A stretch of 64,000 bases of DNA from Eledone cirrhosa (GCA_964016885.1 OZ024744.1:103602001-103666000), one strand, 5' to 3'; numbered from the stretch's first letter, positions 1 to 14,382 are shown. The notes: a model not told the origin generated them from the letters alone. Translations and numbers: made by a program.

Positions 1-2126
1 GTAGATCAGACATTCAATCAACATGTGTCACAACAGGCCACCATGTTACTAGGTTTTCTTGTAGCTAGTCTGACCATCAACAACAAATAACAGCAATACA
101 TAAACAGTCTCTTGAAACAGCCATGTTGGTGACATGTCACAACAGACTTTACCTCGACTGTTAAATTTCAGTCAGGTTAACCACTAACATCCAAATACCA
201 TCAGTGATATTAAGTTTACAATTAACTGGGAAAGTGAAAAGTATAAACAGTTAAAATATATTCTTAGCAAAACATTCTAGAGATTAATCTGTGTATGAAA
301 CTTTCTCTTGAAAAAAGACATAAAATGACAATATTAAACAATTCATGAAATTCTGAATGCTATTGACGAAATTGGAGGTGAATATTGATAATAAATTAAG
401 CCCTTACATTTTGGCAAATTAATGTCTGGCTATATTCCATGGCAATGACGGAAATATTATTTTGGTGATAATAGGGATGTTAACAGAAACAAAGCAACAC
501 AAAATAATGCTATGATATATTACAAAAGTAGAAAATAAGATTGCTGACCTACAGAAAAGTATAAGATATGTGACATTGCTCTCCACATGTAAACAAGAAC
601 AAAAAAACTACATTCCTCACCAACAAAGTGAAAAATAGAATAGAAACAATGTTTGGAAACAGTACAATCAAAACACTCAAATAAAAACTGAGAGCTGTCA
701 ATAAGAATCTTCAATACCAGAAGGGGGGGGGGGGGGGTTGAAAAGAAAATGATTAATAAAAGATTCAGATGAAACCAAAAATCAGTCTATAGAGATATGA
801 AGGACAGTAATAAATGTCACTGAGGCCCCATCCCAGAAAGACATAATTCCTTCTGGAGACATATTGGGTAAGGAAAAGAAATTCAACCAAGATACAGTGT
901 GACAGAAAGATATCCAAACTACTGATCCTGCATTACATCAAAGACATGCAGCATTAATGATGATACCTTGAGGTGGTGATAGAAAAACTTCAAGATAAGA
1001 CAGCACCAGGAAGAGAATTGTACAAAAAACTGACTTTGTATCATATGTATCTTATCAATCAGCACACTCTCAAGGGAGTATATATACCAAGTTGGTTGAC
1101 ATTAGCAGAAACAATATTGGTCCCCAAAACAAAAAAAAACTACCGACATATTGCATACCAGAACCTAATATGTTAAATGTATATATAGCCTGTCTGAACC
1201 TATTCCTACAGGATCACTGATAATGACAAAATTATCACAGATGAGCAAGAAGCTGGAAAGAAAGGAGTTTGGGATGTGGTTGAGCAATTCCTAATTAACA
1301 AAACCACAATGTCAGAGATGCAGTGACATAAGAGTAACTTAGTTGCACTCTGGCTGGACTACAGGAAAACATTCAATTCTATTCCCGACTCTAGGTTGCT
1401 AGAGACTTGCTAAAATCCTAGATACCATTATCAGAGCCACAGAGAACCTATCTTCTATCTTGGGCTACTAGCCTATAGTTAAATACAAAGAAAGTGAACT
1501 AAATTGTCATGGATAAAATAGAATATCTCAGGAGTATATTTCAAGGAGACAGTCTCTCTTTGATGCTATCTATACTGTCAATAAACCCCTTGTCCTTTAG
1601 GCTCAAGAATTATGAAGGCTACATAATTGGTTCACAGGAGGATAGGAACACACACCTAACACATAACTTCATTGTGAATGACCTCAAACCTTATGCTAAG
1701 AACATAAATGGTATGAAGAAAAACCTTGACCTGGTTATGGTGTTCTCAAAAGATATAGCAATGGAGTTTAGCCAGGATAAATGTTCCTATATGATTGTAA
1801 AACTAATCTAGTAACATCTCTACCAATGGCCTGACTGTTTCACCGATATCTGACAAGGACTGCTACAGCTACTTAGGGTTAAATGAAAATATATCCTATG
1901 ATGGAATTTGTAACAAGGAATGAGTAACCAGGGAATATAACAACTGAATAAGAAAAATATGATCTTCTGACCTCTCTCTACACAATAAATCAGTGGCCCA
2001 CAATGTGCCTGTGCTAACACCAACATTTGAACTACTTGACTGGATGCTAGATGAGGTCTAAGCCTTTGATGAAAAGTCCTTAACAACTCCGGAAATTTCC
2101 ACCTCAACAGTAATATAACCCCTTTT

Positions 2127-3271
2127 ATCTGAAACATAAACAGTGAGGCCTAACATCAGTCCAGACAGCATTTGAGTGTCACATCATATCCCTCCAACAA
2201 CATCTATAAACCATCAACTGTAGAAGACTATCTATAGAACAAATCTGTCTAAATGAGACAGATAACATCATGGGAGTTGGAAAAGAGCTCCTTGAGAAAT
2301 ACAAGGGTCAGCTGAAAAGTGCATAGAATGTGACCAAATGAGGTTTATTTTCAACATAGTCCCCCTTGTAGTCCACATACTTCTTCCATCAGTGTTGCAG
2401 TACTTAGATCCCATTGGTGAAGAAGCTTTCATCCTGTTGATCAAAAATGTCATCAACAACAGATATGTCGTCATCATCACTGCAATACTGGTTCCTAGCC
2501 AAGTGTTTTTTATTCTGATTCTTTTTTTCAAATACCACTTTAGAAGAAGAATCAGGATGGAGAGAGAGGTGCTGTACCCCAGCAAGTTTTATGAAAGTGG
2601 GGAGAATGGCCCGAGTGAATGGGCCTTCTCTCTATATCAGCCTGTAGATTGAGGAAAAGGAGGAGGAGAGGAAAGGGGTACAAACTCTTCGTACTCCTGG
2701 AGATGAGGGTTGCACATTTTTTCGGGTTATGTGTTACCCATATGTAATGTCTCCCCCTATTGGGGAAAATCGATTAACTTTTAAATTGTATTTGTGATAG
2801 TATTTTATACGTTTTTATTGTATGTAAACTCCCCCTTTGTATTTGTCCCCTTCTTTTGTGCCCCTGTGGCTAATAAAGAAACATCTGAAACATAAACAGT
2901 GAGGCCTAACATCAGTCCAGACAGCATTTGAGTGTCACATCATATCCCTCCAACAACATCTATAAACCATCAACTGTAGAAGACTATCTATAGAACAAAT
3001 CTGTCTAAATGAGACAGATAACATCATGGGAGTTGGAAAAGAGCTCCTTGAGAAATACAAGGGTCAGCTGAAAAGTGCATAGAATGTGACCAAATGAGGT
3101 TTATTTTTCAACATAGTCCCCCTTGTAGTCCACATACTTCTTCCATCAGTGTTGCAGTACTTAGATCCCATTGGTGAAGAAGCTTTCATCCTGTTGATCA
3201 AAAATGTCATCAACAACAGATATGTCGTCATCATCACTGCAATACTGGTTCCTAGCCAAGTGTTTTTTATT
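2127..3271. repeat. 388-bp near-identical direct repeat (2127-2514 and 2883-3271) flanking a 368-bp insert
   Basis: By eye the two copies match except for one T indel. Confidence 0.95.
2515..2882 (+). mobile_element. Probable 3' end of an L1/Tx1-like LINE
   Basis: FFKYHFRRRIRMEREVL resembles an ORF2 C-terminus and is followed by a T-rich UTR ending in AATAAAGAAAC. Confidence 0.55.
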
Positions 3272-4264
3272 TGAGGAGCAGATGAGAGTCAGATGGGGCC
3301 AAATCTGGAGAATAGGGAGGGTGATCAAGCAGTTCAAAGCCACAGTTATGCACAGCAGTCTTTGAAAACAAGAACTTGTGTGCTTGAGCATTGTCCTGAT
3401 GAAACAAGGCCTTTTGTTAGTTTTCCTGGGCATTTGGTCTTGATAGCCTTTCACAACTGCCTCAGCAAGTTGGCATAGTACTTGCTATTGATAGTGTGGC
3501 TCCTTTGAAGATAGTCAATAAAGACAATACCTTTTGCATCCCCCTAAAACTAAAGCCATCACCTTCCCCGCAGATGAAACAACCTTGGCCTTGTGTAGAG
3601 CAGGTGAGGTAGGGTGTTTTTACTACATGGATTGTCTTTCTGTCTCCAACACTCATCCTGGGTTAGGAAATGTTCAAGAAAACCAGCTGGACCTGCTTCA
3701 AACAATGTCAGATTTCCCTGTGATGTAATCAGGTGTCAAAATACGTGGCACCTACTAAGCTGAAATCTTTGTCATGCCAAGTTCATTGTGCAGAATATTC
3801 TCAACACTCTCATGGGATATGTTAATAGCATTGACTATTTGATTTATAGTCAATCATCTGTCATCCATCACAATCAATGTTTTCCTTGGTGGCAGTTGCA
3901 GGACGTCCACACCTTGGTCCATCTTCAGAACTTCCTTCCCCTTCTAAATTCAGCTGCCCAATTTGTACTGCTGATAAAGCTGGCATGTCATCTACTAATG
4001 TAGCAATCATGTCAGCATGCATATCCTTGGTAGCTACATCCTTTTTCTGTATGTACTTGATAACACTACAATGCCAAATTCTGTCAATTTTCAAGAGAAG
4101 TTGCCACTAGTTACTTTTGGATTCCTTTTTAAAGAATTAGATGCCAGTTTACCCGGAAAGAAATAATGTAGTTATTAATAAGAAGAGTTGAAATTAATGC
4201 ATGCACGATTTCACAGCTCTAGTATTAGTCCTTAGTCAGCCTATGAACTTTTCAGTCCAACTTC
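3058..4264 (-). mobile_element. Decayed mariner transposon with TA target duplication (left end also copied at 2302-2514)
   Basis: TIRs CAAGGGTCAGCTGAAAAGTGCATAG and CTATGAACTTTTCAGTCCAACTTC, each flanked by TA. Transposase fragments DGPRCGRPATAT and a PYSPDLAP-like motif. The R4 frame resumes after the TA. Confidence 0.88.
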
Positions 4265-5679
4265 TACTCCCTGTATGATAACCAAAAATTCATACCCTGG
4301 GAAAATACACAACAATATTGTAATGAATCTATGGAGGAAAAACTGCTTCCTTATCAGCAAAAAAATGATGCATGATTATATTGACAGAAAGCTTGAAAGT
4401 GAGAGTAATATAGATAAACAAAGTAGTCTATCTTGGACCAACAACCACTATATTGGCTCTCACTTTGAAGAATATACCTTTACAATCCCAGAACAGGAAA
4501 TAACAGAATGTCTGATTGACAAAAGATATAGGGATGCAGGGAAAATAGATGCAGACTTTGCAGAATAAACACCAAAGATGTCACCCACATCATAAGCAGC
4601 TGTCCAAAGATGTCATCACGGTACTATCTACCTATGAGGCATGATGTAGTGGCCAAAACATTATACACTGCAATCTGTAGAAAGGAGTCTTGAAGATAAA
4701 CATATACAAAGTTAGAGTGATGTGGAGAATATATACATACATAATATGAAAGAGTACTGGTGGAATGTTTCAGTCAAAATCCCAATAACACACCAGACAT
4801 AGCAGGCATAACACACCAGACATAGCAGGCATAACACACCAGACATAGTGATATGGGACAAGGAAAAGAAGGTATGCACAATAGTGGAAGTTAGCTGCCC
4901 AACAGATGTCAATATAATGTTAAAGCTCAGGGAAAAGGAGAATATCTATGCAGAACTAATGAGGAATCTGCAAATACTCCATACTGACTATACCTTCAGA
5001 TTTATGTCTGTGATTATAGCTTTTACACACATATAGGTACAGAAACATATACGTATACCCATATAACTCAAAACATACAGATTCACATATACAGTAACAT
5101 CTACACCTGCACACGCACACACACAAAAACTCATACAGATATATATACCTATTTACCTAGTTGATGTTTTCTAAATTCCAATGAAAGGGTTTCATTTCTA
5201 AGTAAGAAACTGGGTCTCTCTTTCTATTGATGAACATTTGTAAAATAATAAAACTAGAACATACACACACACATTTATATCTATGTACAGCTCTGTATGC
5301 AAATGAGGCTAATCAGCCCATATACATAAGTGTTAAAACTATGTTTTCGCCTATATTGAGTTCCAGCAGAAAACAAGGTAAAGGGGAGCATTACCTTGAT
5401 AAGGACTATCAGTTAGAAATGGCTGTTGCTAATTTCCTCTTTGCTTCTGCTGGAACTCGGTAGGTGGCGCTCTGCCACCAGCTTCCAAAATTCATAGCTA
5501 AAGGCTTTTATTCATAAATATCTTGTATATCATTAGATATACAAAATACACATACTTATATGTGTATATATATATAGCAGGGAAAAGTGGACGTAAAATG
5601 AAATGATGATATATATATATATATACATACACATATATATATTAGTATTATTCTTATTCTTATTCTTATCCAGGAGTAT

Positions 5680-7800
5680 GTATATCATACAGCCCAATTA
5701 TGCTTCTCCACTCTTCACAATTTAAAACGAGTGCTCTTGAGTTCATAAACTTTTTTGTTTGGAATGACCTCTATGTTTGATGTAGCTTTTTCTTTGGTGC
5801 ACTTGCATGTTCTTGGCATTCTCTGGCTGGTAGAGAGCAATTCATAATACTGAGCTGCTTTTGGCTCTTAGCTGAAAGTTTTTAGCTGTCATGGGTATTG
5901 ATTCTTGCTCAGTGGTTGTTTGTTGACTATTTATAAAATATCTTCATTTTTGATGTGATCCGTTCATTTAACTCTGAAAATATGCCTACAGTTTGCGGTA
6001 TCAAAAGCATATTTACCGTGACTTGTCTCCTTAAAATAATGTAGACAGTTTGAGGGAGTCAAAGAAGTGTAGTTTTAGATTTAGTGTAATGTTGAATGAC
6101 TTCCATATGTTTTGAAGTTGCCAGAATTTGTCATAATCTATTACACGTCATTGTCTGAAATCATCAAAGAACTGATTCTGGAGCCAAGTTATTTAAAGTC
6201 TTCAACAGCTTCAATGATCTGGCTATTTGGCATTTTAATGTCAATATGTTGATGTTATGGCCAAGGACTTTGTTTTGATATTGTTGATGTTAATTCCATC
6301 TCATTGGCCCTCCTTTTCTGCTCTATGAAGGTGTTAGCTTCTACAAAAGAGTCAAACTGAGCAACATCATCTACAAAATTCATGTGTAGGAGTGTGTAAT
6401 CTATATGTATCTGCAGACTGTACTCTGGGTTTTCCAACATTTAATTCAGTACAATGGTGACAAGAAGTGCAGTCAATGTGTCTCCTTGGTTTTGATTTTG
6501 AAGACTTCACTTAGTTTAACACAGCTTTCACTACTGTTGTAGATACATAATATCACTTCCATAATTTTATTTGATATTCTATAATAGCACAGTATGGCCC
6601 ACATCTTCTGTCTATCGAATCAAAACTTTTGTTGAAGTTTATGAATGTGACAACAATTAGCAGTTGTTTCTGGTAGATGTGGATATGCTCAAAACAGCTT
6701 CAGCCTTTTCAGAATGGTTCACAGCCAGATACAGGCAGTTTTACAGTATTTTGTAGTAAGTTTTTGTTACTAGCAGAGAGATCCTCTGAAGTCCCACATT
6801 CTTTTAGATGACTTTTTTTGGTATGGGAAGGATGATATTCTGCTTCCATTGCAATGATGGTTTATGATTATTGTAGATGTTGCATACGTCTAGGAAATAC
6901 TGATGAAGAACTTGACCACCACAGTTCAAAACTTCTGGTGATTCCATTTACTTTTCAAAGTTTGTTCAACTCTTCTATAGTAAAGTTATTTGTGCTGATG
7001 TCAAGGTATTCTACAGGGCAACATGGGTTTAGAAGTTTTGAAAAATATTTAACCCATTTACTTAATAGCTCACTCTTGTTGAAGTAGGGAGTAGCATCCA
7101 TTTTGTTTTCAAGTAAAGCAGTGCATAACTTTTGCTTTTTGCAAAGTCTTTTAATCAGTCTGTAGACTTCAGCAATCTGGCATTTCTGGCTGCTTCATTT
7201 GCTTCTTCACCTATAGAGGTCAGGTTTGTCTGAAGCTATTGAGTTTTTTACCATTTTTGTAGCATGTATCCATTTTTTTGATAAATTGTTGGATTCCGAT
7301 GGTTCTGGTATCTTTTCCTAGCTGCTCTACATCTTTCAAATGATTCTTGCTATTTTCACTGATCCATTGTATTGGTTTTCTTTTCTTTGCTAGGAGTTTC
7401 TTATTTGTAACATCTATGATTTATAATATTTTATCATAATGCTCTTGTATATCACCATCTACATTATTCAGCCTGGTAAGAGCTTAGAAATGATTTGATA
7501 TTTCAGTAGCACATTGTACTTGTAGTTCTGTATTATTTTATAGGGCTGCATAATCAAAACTTTGGTCCATACTCTTATGTTTTACTATTTGGAAGCGATC
7601 TTTATTTATGCTGTCACAATTTGATGATCTGAATTCAAATCTAGCCTTGTGTAACTTCTACAATTTGTAAGTGAGTTTCTCTATTTGCTTTTGATTAAGA
7701 TATTGTCCATTTATGCCCTACTACCATTTTGATGTTACCAGGTCCACTGATGCATCCATGCCAATCAAAGAGTCAAGTGGACTCTTCAGTTGTGTCACTG
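5680..7800 (-). mobile_element. Highly decayed RTE-X/RTE-like LINE ORF2
   Basis: Minus-strand RT remnants: FINFNKSFDSIDRRC, QGDTLTALLVTIVL, NFVDDVA, VEDFK.LGS. Confidence 0.65.
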
Positions 7801-8349
7801 GCACAATAACTTTTGTGTTGCTGATCTACAAGATAAACACACTCAATAAATTGATTAGCTTACCTAACATACGGGTCAAGACAACCTTTCAGATCTGGTA
7901 TGAAAACATTTATAGTGTTGTTGATAAATGCACCCAGTACATTTTGTAATGTGGTTGATGATAGAAAGGGTATCCAACAGTAGAAAACTTGCCAACAAAT
8001 GGTCAGGAGGACTCTTTAGTTGTGCCATAGACATAACAATATCCTTGGTGCTGGTGCCATGCTGAAATGCACTTGGTAGAGTATGGGAACATATGTAAGA
8101 TATAGGATCTTAGTCCATCTAAAAGGATGGTAGCTGCCCTTGAGTACTGATCCAGTCTGGGAATACACAACCAACCTTCACTAGCAGGTAAAATGGAGAT
8201 TAAATGACAGTCATGATAATGATGATGATATAATGCATACATGCATACATACATACACACACACATACCCACACACGCGCACCCACACACACTCACACAC
8301 ACATGGTGATTGCTTCATCCTTGCAGATGGTTGCCGTCTACCCATGGAC

Positions 8350-11300
8350 CCCCATTAATCGTCACCAACTCCAAATGTCTGCACATGGCCTCTTAGGTAG
8401 CTTTTAAGTCCAGCTCTAGATTTGCACGGTCTACAGCAAATGTGACAGGCAAAAGATGTTCCTTCTATTGGATTGATTGGGTCACTTTGTAGAATATCAT
8501 CCTTATGTACCCTCATATGCCTTTTAAGACCAGAGATTGATTTGCAGATCTTTTTACACACCACACGTTGTCTTACCTAGTATAGAGCTGCATACAGTTG
8601 GCTTTTTATGTGATTTTAAATGAGTGATGTACCCAGATTTAGAGAGCACACCTTACAAATCCAGCTCCCTATGTTCTTATTGAAGTTCATACTGTGGCCG
8701 AAGCTGACGTTTAAGTTTTTCATGGTCAAGATGTTTCTCTTCAAACATTCTGTAACCTTCCTTCACATGTCCTCTCCATTTAACCCTCTTTAAAGAAAGC
8801 ACTTCCCAGTTCTGAACTTCAAACTTAAGGTTGTTTTTTATGCAATCCTTATATATTTTTCTTAGTTTGTGCTGATGGCGTTTCCCAGTGTGCAATTGAC
8901 TATAAAATAGTTTTGGGAGTCTTACCTCATTCATGTGCACAACATGGCCTACTCAGCACATTTGAGAGGATATGATGGTAGATTCAATGCTTGTACAACC
9001 AGCATCTATAAGGATTTGTGTGTCAGGTATTTTTTGTTGACATTTGATGTTTAGGATTCGTCTTAAGCACTTTTGATTTAAGTGTTCAAGCAAATTAAGG
9101 TGTCTACAATGTACTGTCCACATTTTTGAAGAGTACAACAGAGCACTCAGAATGCAGGCCTTGTACACACTAATCTTGGTCTTGATATTGATGCCATGAT
9201 CCGCCCATACTCCTTTTTCAAGTTTTCCAAAGGCTAGAGGCCTTCAGAATGTGCAGGTGTATTTCTGCATCCAGTGAACCATCCCTCGACAATGCACTAC
9301 CCAGGTAAACAATAGTGTCAGCTACACCCAACCTAGTTCCATGCACCATTATATTTGGCTCAATATATGCTTATGCTGGTGATGGGGTGAACATTACCTT
9401 AATCTTTTTTTGATTAATTTTCGTGCCAAAGGTATTACACGAAGCTGCAAAACAATCCATGATGTATTGCATGTCATCTTGTGAGTGAGCCAGAAAGTCA
9501 ACAGCGTCTGTGTACAGGAGTACTCTAATTAATATTTGGAACATTTTAGATTTGAAATTGAACCTTCTTAGGTCAAAAATCCTTCCTGTAGTTCTAACTT
9601 GCTAGATCACAGATTCCTTTATCCCCTTTACCTTTAAACAAGGTCACCAAGATAGCATCTATCCAATCTTGTGGTATAGTAGCACCAACCCAGCACTCTG
9701 TGATGAGATGAAGTATTGTTTGTATTATATTCTTATTACCAACCTTTAATACTTCCACAAGTAGTCCATCTGATCCAGGAGCCTTACCCATGTTTAACTG
9801 GTTGATGGCCATTTTAACCTCATTATAATCTGGTAATCGATCCATTTTAGAATTTACAACACATTGGGGGATGCTATCTATCACATCATGATCAACTGAT
9901 GATGGATTATCAAATAAATCAGTGAAATGTTATTGCCAATGTTTAAGGATTTTCTCTGATTCCTTGATGATGGCTGTGTCATCTTTGGAACTTATGGGAA
10001 CAATAGACGAAGTTGTTGGACCATATACTGCACACAAAAGACTATAAAACAGTTTTGAATCCTTTCCCTTATAAGCAGTTTGAATATCTTCAGAGGTCTT
10101 CAATCACCATTTATTTTTAAGCCTACTCAGCTCACGTTGTAAGTTGGTTTTATATTCTTTATATGTCTTTTTAATAACACTTAAATTTGTAGGGCACTCT
10201 CCCAAAAGTTTTTCATGAAGGGCGTGTTTTTTTCTTTAATAGTTGGCTGATAGCCAGATTATCATCAAACCAGTCTATGTTTTGTTGTTGTTTTTTTACC
10301 CCCTGAATCCAAGTTCTTCTGGTCCTGCTGTATACAATTGATCCCTGAAGTTTCTCCACATTCCATCAAAGTCAATATTATTCAAATGTTTATTCAAAGC
10401 CTCACGTTCCTCTTTCTGTTTTAACTTTCCAACATCAATACACTTCAGTCTTTTGATCCCACACATAAGAGATGTTTTTCTGAATACATAACCTAACCCC
10501 CTCCCCCCCAAACCATCTTATGGTCTGTGTTGCATTCTGCACTATGCATGATGCGCACATTACAGACATCATTCAGGTCGCATCTCCAAGTTACTATGAA
10601 ATCTATCATGTTTTGACATTGGGTGTATCCAGGTAACTTATGCTTCTTTTTTTGGTGAAATAATTGTTTCCACTTTAGGCACAAGGCCAGCAATTACCCA
10701 GTGCATTACTGGTACTTTATTTTTGGTGAAATAATGTATTGCAAATTGCTAGGTTGAGTTCCGAACAGAGCTCAAACAGCTTCAAACCATTGGCATTCAT
10801 CTTACCAATGCCGTAATGGCGTACTCGCCTAATGCATACCATGTCTCATGATCTGCCAACTCAGGCATTGAAATCACCAAGAATTATCACTTGTTCTTCA
10901 ACTGGAGTAGATACAATTGTAACATGAAGGGATTCATAGAATGTCATAATACTTTCTTCACTGGCGTGGAGAGTTGGAGCATAAACTGACAGAATGGTTG
11001 CACATCGTCCACATGCAAGTGGAATGCGCAACTTCATTATACGGTCACTGATTCTAGAGGGGCACTCTAAATGTTGTGCTAGAGTTTCTCACACTGCAAA
11101 ACCTATACCACCATCTAGCTGTTCTCCTTTTGTTTTCTCTGTCCAGAAAAGTGTGAAACCTGATGATGCTTCAGTCAGCTGATCACATACTGATAGATGT
11201 GTTTCTGACAGCGCTAATTATCTACATTTAAATCTTTGGAGTTCCTTTGTTACCAGTGCAGTTCTTCTTTCTGGTCAGTTTGATGAGTTTGGGTCCAGAA

Positions 11301-11900
11301 GGGTTCTGACATTCCAGCAGCAAATACTGAGTCTAACTCTATTTTTCATAAATGTTTTACTTTGTAATTCTCTTTATCTTTTCCTGCTTGAGTGAACTGC
11401 TAGTAGCCGCAGTAAATTACCCAACGTTGATGTAACAGGCAATTTTCAATGCACCTTTTCTAGCACCTTCCCATGAATTTGGGTGAGCAGTGCTCTCCCT
11501 GATAGGGCTGCTCAGACACAGGAGTCGCCACTGGAGTTAGCCCCTGTCACAGGAAGACATAACAATGATGTTATGATAAGACCCCTGCCGCCTATGTGTA
11601 GATTTGCAACTATATGCTTCCAACTGGTCAGGTCTGCACATGTTGCTACTCCTCCATTGCCATAGGACTTTCAGCTTATAAAATGACAGATGAGAAGATC
11701 ACAAAAGAGACATCTGTACATCATTGGATTATAGTGGCAAATGTTTGTGCTACACAAAGACCACTCTCTAAGTTTCAGTGATTATTGTCTGGTGACAAGC
11801 CTAAACCAGATGACCAGTAATCACATCAATTGCAGGTTTTATTTCAAAGTTTCCTTCTTTTAGAAAGATGCTGTAACAAGAGCTGGGGGTCCTTCACTCC
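8350..11900 (-). mobile_element. Near full-length decayed RTE (BovB-like) LINE: APE, RT and C-terminal C2H2 fingers
   Basis: ILGDFNA, HSAECNTDH, GKAPGSDGL, YKACILSALLYSS, CKKICKSISGLKRHMRVH, CHICCRPCKSRAGLKSYLRGH. Confidence 0.88.
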
Positions 11901-12199
11901 AAGTAGATTTTCTTTTTACTCATTTGCAGGCCACCACACCTGGAAATGAGTTCCAATGATTCGTTGACTCTTTCATAAACATAGACCAGGGACTCTATCC
12001 CGTTTGAAAGTCAAATATAAAAAAATAATAAAATTAAAAATTAAAAAAAAACTTTTAAAGGTTTAAAAGCTTTAAACAAATTTTTTTAATCAAATATATA
12101 TATATATGTGTACACAGACAAATGCACAATAAATCCTACCCACACCCATACAGTATATACATATTTACATATTTTTGCATACATACATGCATGTATACA

Positions 12200-13135
12200 T
12201 CATGTTATGTCTGTTGCATTCTCATTATAGCATTTCTCTACTTGTTGCATTCCTTTGCCATTTCTTCTCTGAGCTTCAGTGATTTGAGATAAGTTCTCAC
12301 CATTTCCATCCAGGTTTTCTTTGATCTTCCTCTTCTGTGGGTTTCCTTCCACTGGGATTACTTCTTCACCCAGCAGTCCTCATTCATTGTGCACATTGCA
12401 GTCTCCTCCTGCATACTACATTTGATCCCTCTCATTCATTCTTTACATTCATTAACCTCTCATAGTAACATTTCCAGGCCTCTCTCTTTTGAGCATCAAT
12501 AGTGCTAAGTGCACCAGTGTCATTTCTGTCATACTTTTCCCCCACAATATCCAGATTCATACTGACATACAGAGTCTCTAATCCTCACATTACAAGACAT
12601 TTGCAAACCTCCTTCTTTCAGCCTATATATTCCTGTCCTCTAAGTCTCTCTTTTAGCTACCTGGTAGCAGTCTTTGTTTCCTCCATTTTTCCAGTCTTCC
12701 ACACCTGTCCTTTGGCTTTAATAACTATTTATTGTACTGTTCCACCACTAGGTCACTCTCTGTCTGGCTGCTGCATTGCTACAACCACGAGTCTTTTCAG
12801 TAATATAGTAGGTTATCACATAAGAAATTCCAATTGTCCTCTATACTCAACAGAATGTATGTACCTTTAGCTTCCAAACTTTCCTCCTCCAGATTTTCTT
12901 GTGTTTCCTCTTCTGTCTTCAATTCCAGGTGCCTAATTCCCTTTTCTATACACCAGTAAAGCCATTCTTGTGCTGTCCAACATGTCCGTTAAAACTGCCT
13001 CCTAGGATAATGAAGTCTCTGTCATCAGTAATTGAGGTCTTTTTGTAGTTATTTGTACCTAGAAGGGAATAAGAGATTTGTGTTAAACTTTGTATAGTTT
13101 TGCCAAGGTACTGGTTGGATATCCTTCCTATCAAT
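12200..13135 (-). mobile_element. Fragmented RTE-clade LINE remnant
   Basis: FIILGGSFNGHVG (APE) and a 3' GRSRKTWME-like segment. Confidence 0.6.
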
Positions 13136-13249
13136 GACCGATTACAGCATGGGTTGGGTACATGTTTTGTGCCACCAGCAGTAGAGAGGTTGTCTTACTG
13201 GATTGAAGGCTCCTCTCTACCTTCTAGCAGTTTTTATTTAGAATGATTA

Positions 13250-13560
13250 CTCTCCTAGATGAGTTGGCCACGTTTACCCTGTTTGGTTGTATTTTATTTA
13301 GATTCACGGCCCTCCTAGATGGACTGACTTCTCTATGGTTTACAGAGCCCATGTCTGCCCTGTTTAGTTTTATTTTATTTGGAGTCACTGCACTCCTAGA
13401 TGGACTGACTTCTCTATGGTTTACAGAGCCCATGTCTGCCCTGTTTAGTTTTATTTTATTTGGAGTCACTGCACTCATAGACAGGCTGTCTTCTGCATGG
13501 CTTACTTAACCCACATCTGGCTTATGTTGATTTATTTTGAGTTCTCACCTAGCTGGCTTC
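13250..13560. repeat. 81-bp tandem repeat (two perfect copies 13312-13473, plus degenerate flanking units)
   Basis: Unit CTCCTAGATGGACTGAC...GGAGTCACTGCA is repeated directly. Confidence 0.9.
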
Positions 13561-13589
13561 ATCATGGCTTAGGAACACGTGTGTCTTGT

Positions 13590-13688
13590 TTTGTTTTGTA
13601 GTGACTACGAGTGACCGGTTACAGCCAGTTTGAACAGAAAGAGGTGAGAGAATTCTGGCCGGATACAGCCAGTTTAAATTCCAAAGGG
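13590..13688 (-). mobile_element. piggyBac-type non-autonomous element end
   Basis: Reverse complement TTAA|CCCTTTGG...GGCCAGAATTCTCTC...TGTTCAAAC matches the element at 54691 and the piggyBac left ends. Confidence 0.6.
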
Positions 13689-13869
13689 TTAAATATTTAT
13701 TCTGAGTGACAGCACTCCCATTAGAGTAATCAACCACTTGTCATACAAAATACTCATCTGTCATTGCTGGTATAGTAGCAATGTGTACTGTGAGCTGTCA
13801 TTGAGACTATCACAGTGGCAAAACACCACTGTACTAGAAGGTGGTGGTAAGAGGATTCATGTTTGCATA

Positions 13870-13981
13870 CTTACATAATTACATGTGTATACATACATAT
13901 ACATACATATCAAGCGTTAACCTAATATATACTTTCCATATACTGTACCGATTGTGTTGTTATTTATTTCTGTTTACCTTT

Positions 13982-14013
<32 letters not shown>

Positions 14014-14300
14014 CACCATTCATATATACCAACATACATACATACCTGACTACGTACATACATACACACACATATATGTACATACACACATACATTCATA
14101 GATACATACACACATACGTATATACACACACGCGCAAACCATACATACATATATACATACGTACGTACATACATACATACATACATACATACATACATAC
14201 ATACATACGTGCATACATACATACACACAAGCATATATACACATATATATTCACATGCACACACATATACGTATATACACACACACATACAAACATATTA
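13870..14300. repeat. Compound (TA)/(CA)/(CATA) microsatellite
   Basis: Seen directly; it lies immediately upstream of the micro-exon 1 acceptor motif. Confidence 0.95.
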
Positions 14301-14346
14301 ATGTAGGATTGCTATAATTTTCTTTGAAATATTTTTTTATTTTCAG

Positions 14347-14382
14347 ACTTGTCTTCCTCATATTCACAAGTGACTGATCATG
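14347..14382 (+). CDS. Micro-exon 1 (36 nt, phase 1-1) of a putative host micro-exon gene; (D)LSSSYSQVTDH
   Basis: Polypyrimidine tract plus TTTCAG acceptor, and G|GTAAGT donor. Length is 3n and only the phase-1 frame is stop-free. Flanks are paralogous to those of the other three exons. Confidence 0.75.

Larger units (their letters stand above)
370..5020 (+). mobile_element. Decayed R4/Dong-like non-LTR retrotransposon (RT plus C-terminal restriction-like endonuclease), interrupted by a mariner and a duplication
   Basis: Fragments NYRHIAYQNL, WLDYRKTF, IFQGDSLS, HIISSCP..RHDVV and PDIVIWDKEKKVCTIVEVSCP (RLE PD..E motif). Many stops and frameshifts. Homologous to 51505-53700. Confidence 0.85.

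Noticed and set aside
8355-8564. C2H2 zinc-finger gene
   Set aside because: It is collinear with the C-terminus of the RTE ORF, a normal BovB-like feature.
13841-14306. YIHT/CVYM-rich ORFs (also 26695-26928 and 43733-44353)
   Set aside because: They are CA/TA microsatellite artefacts.
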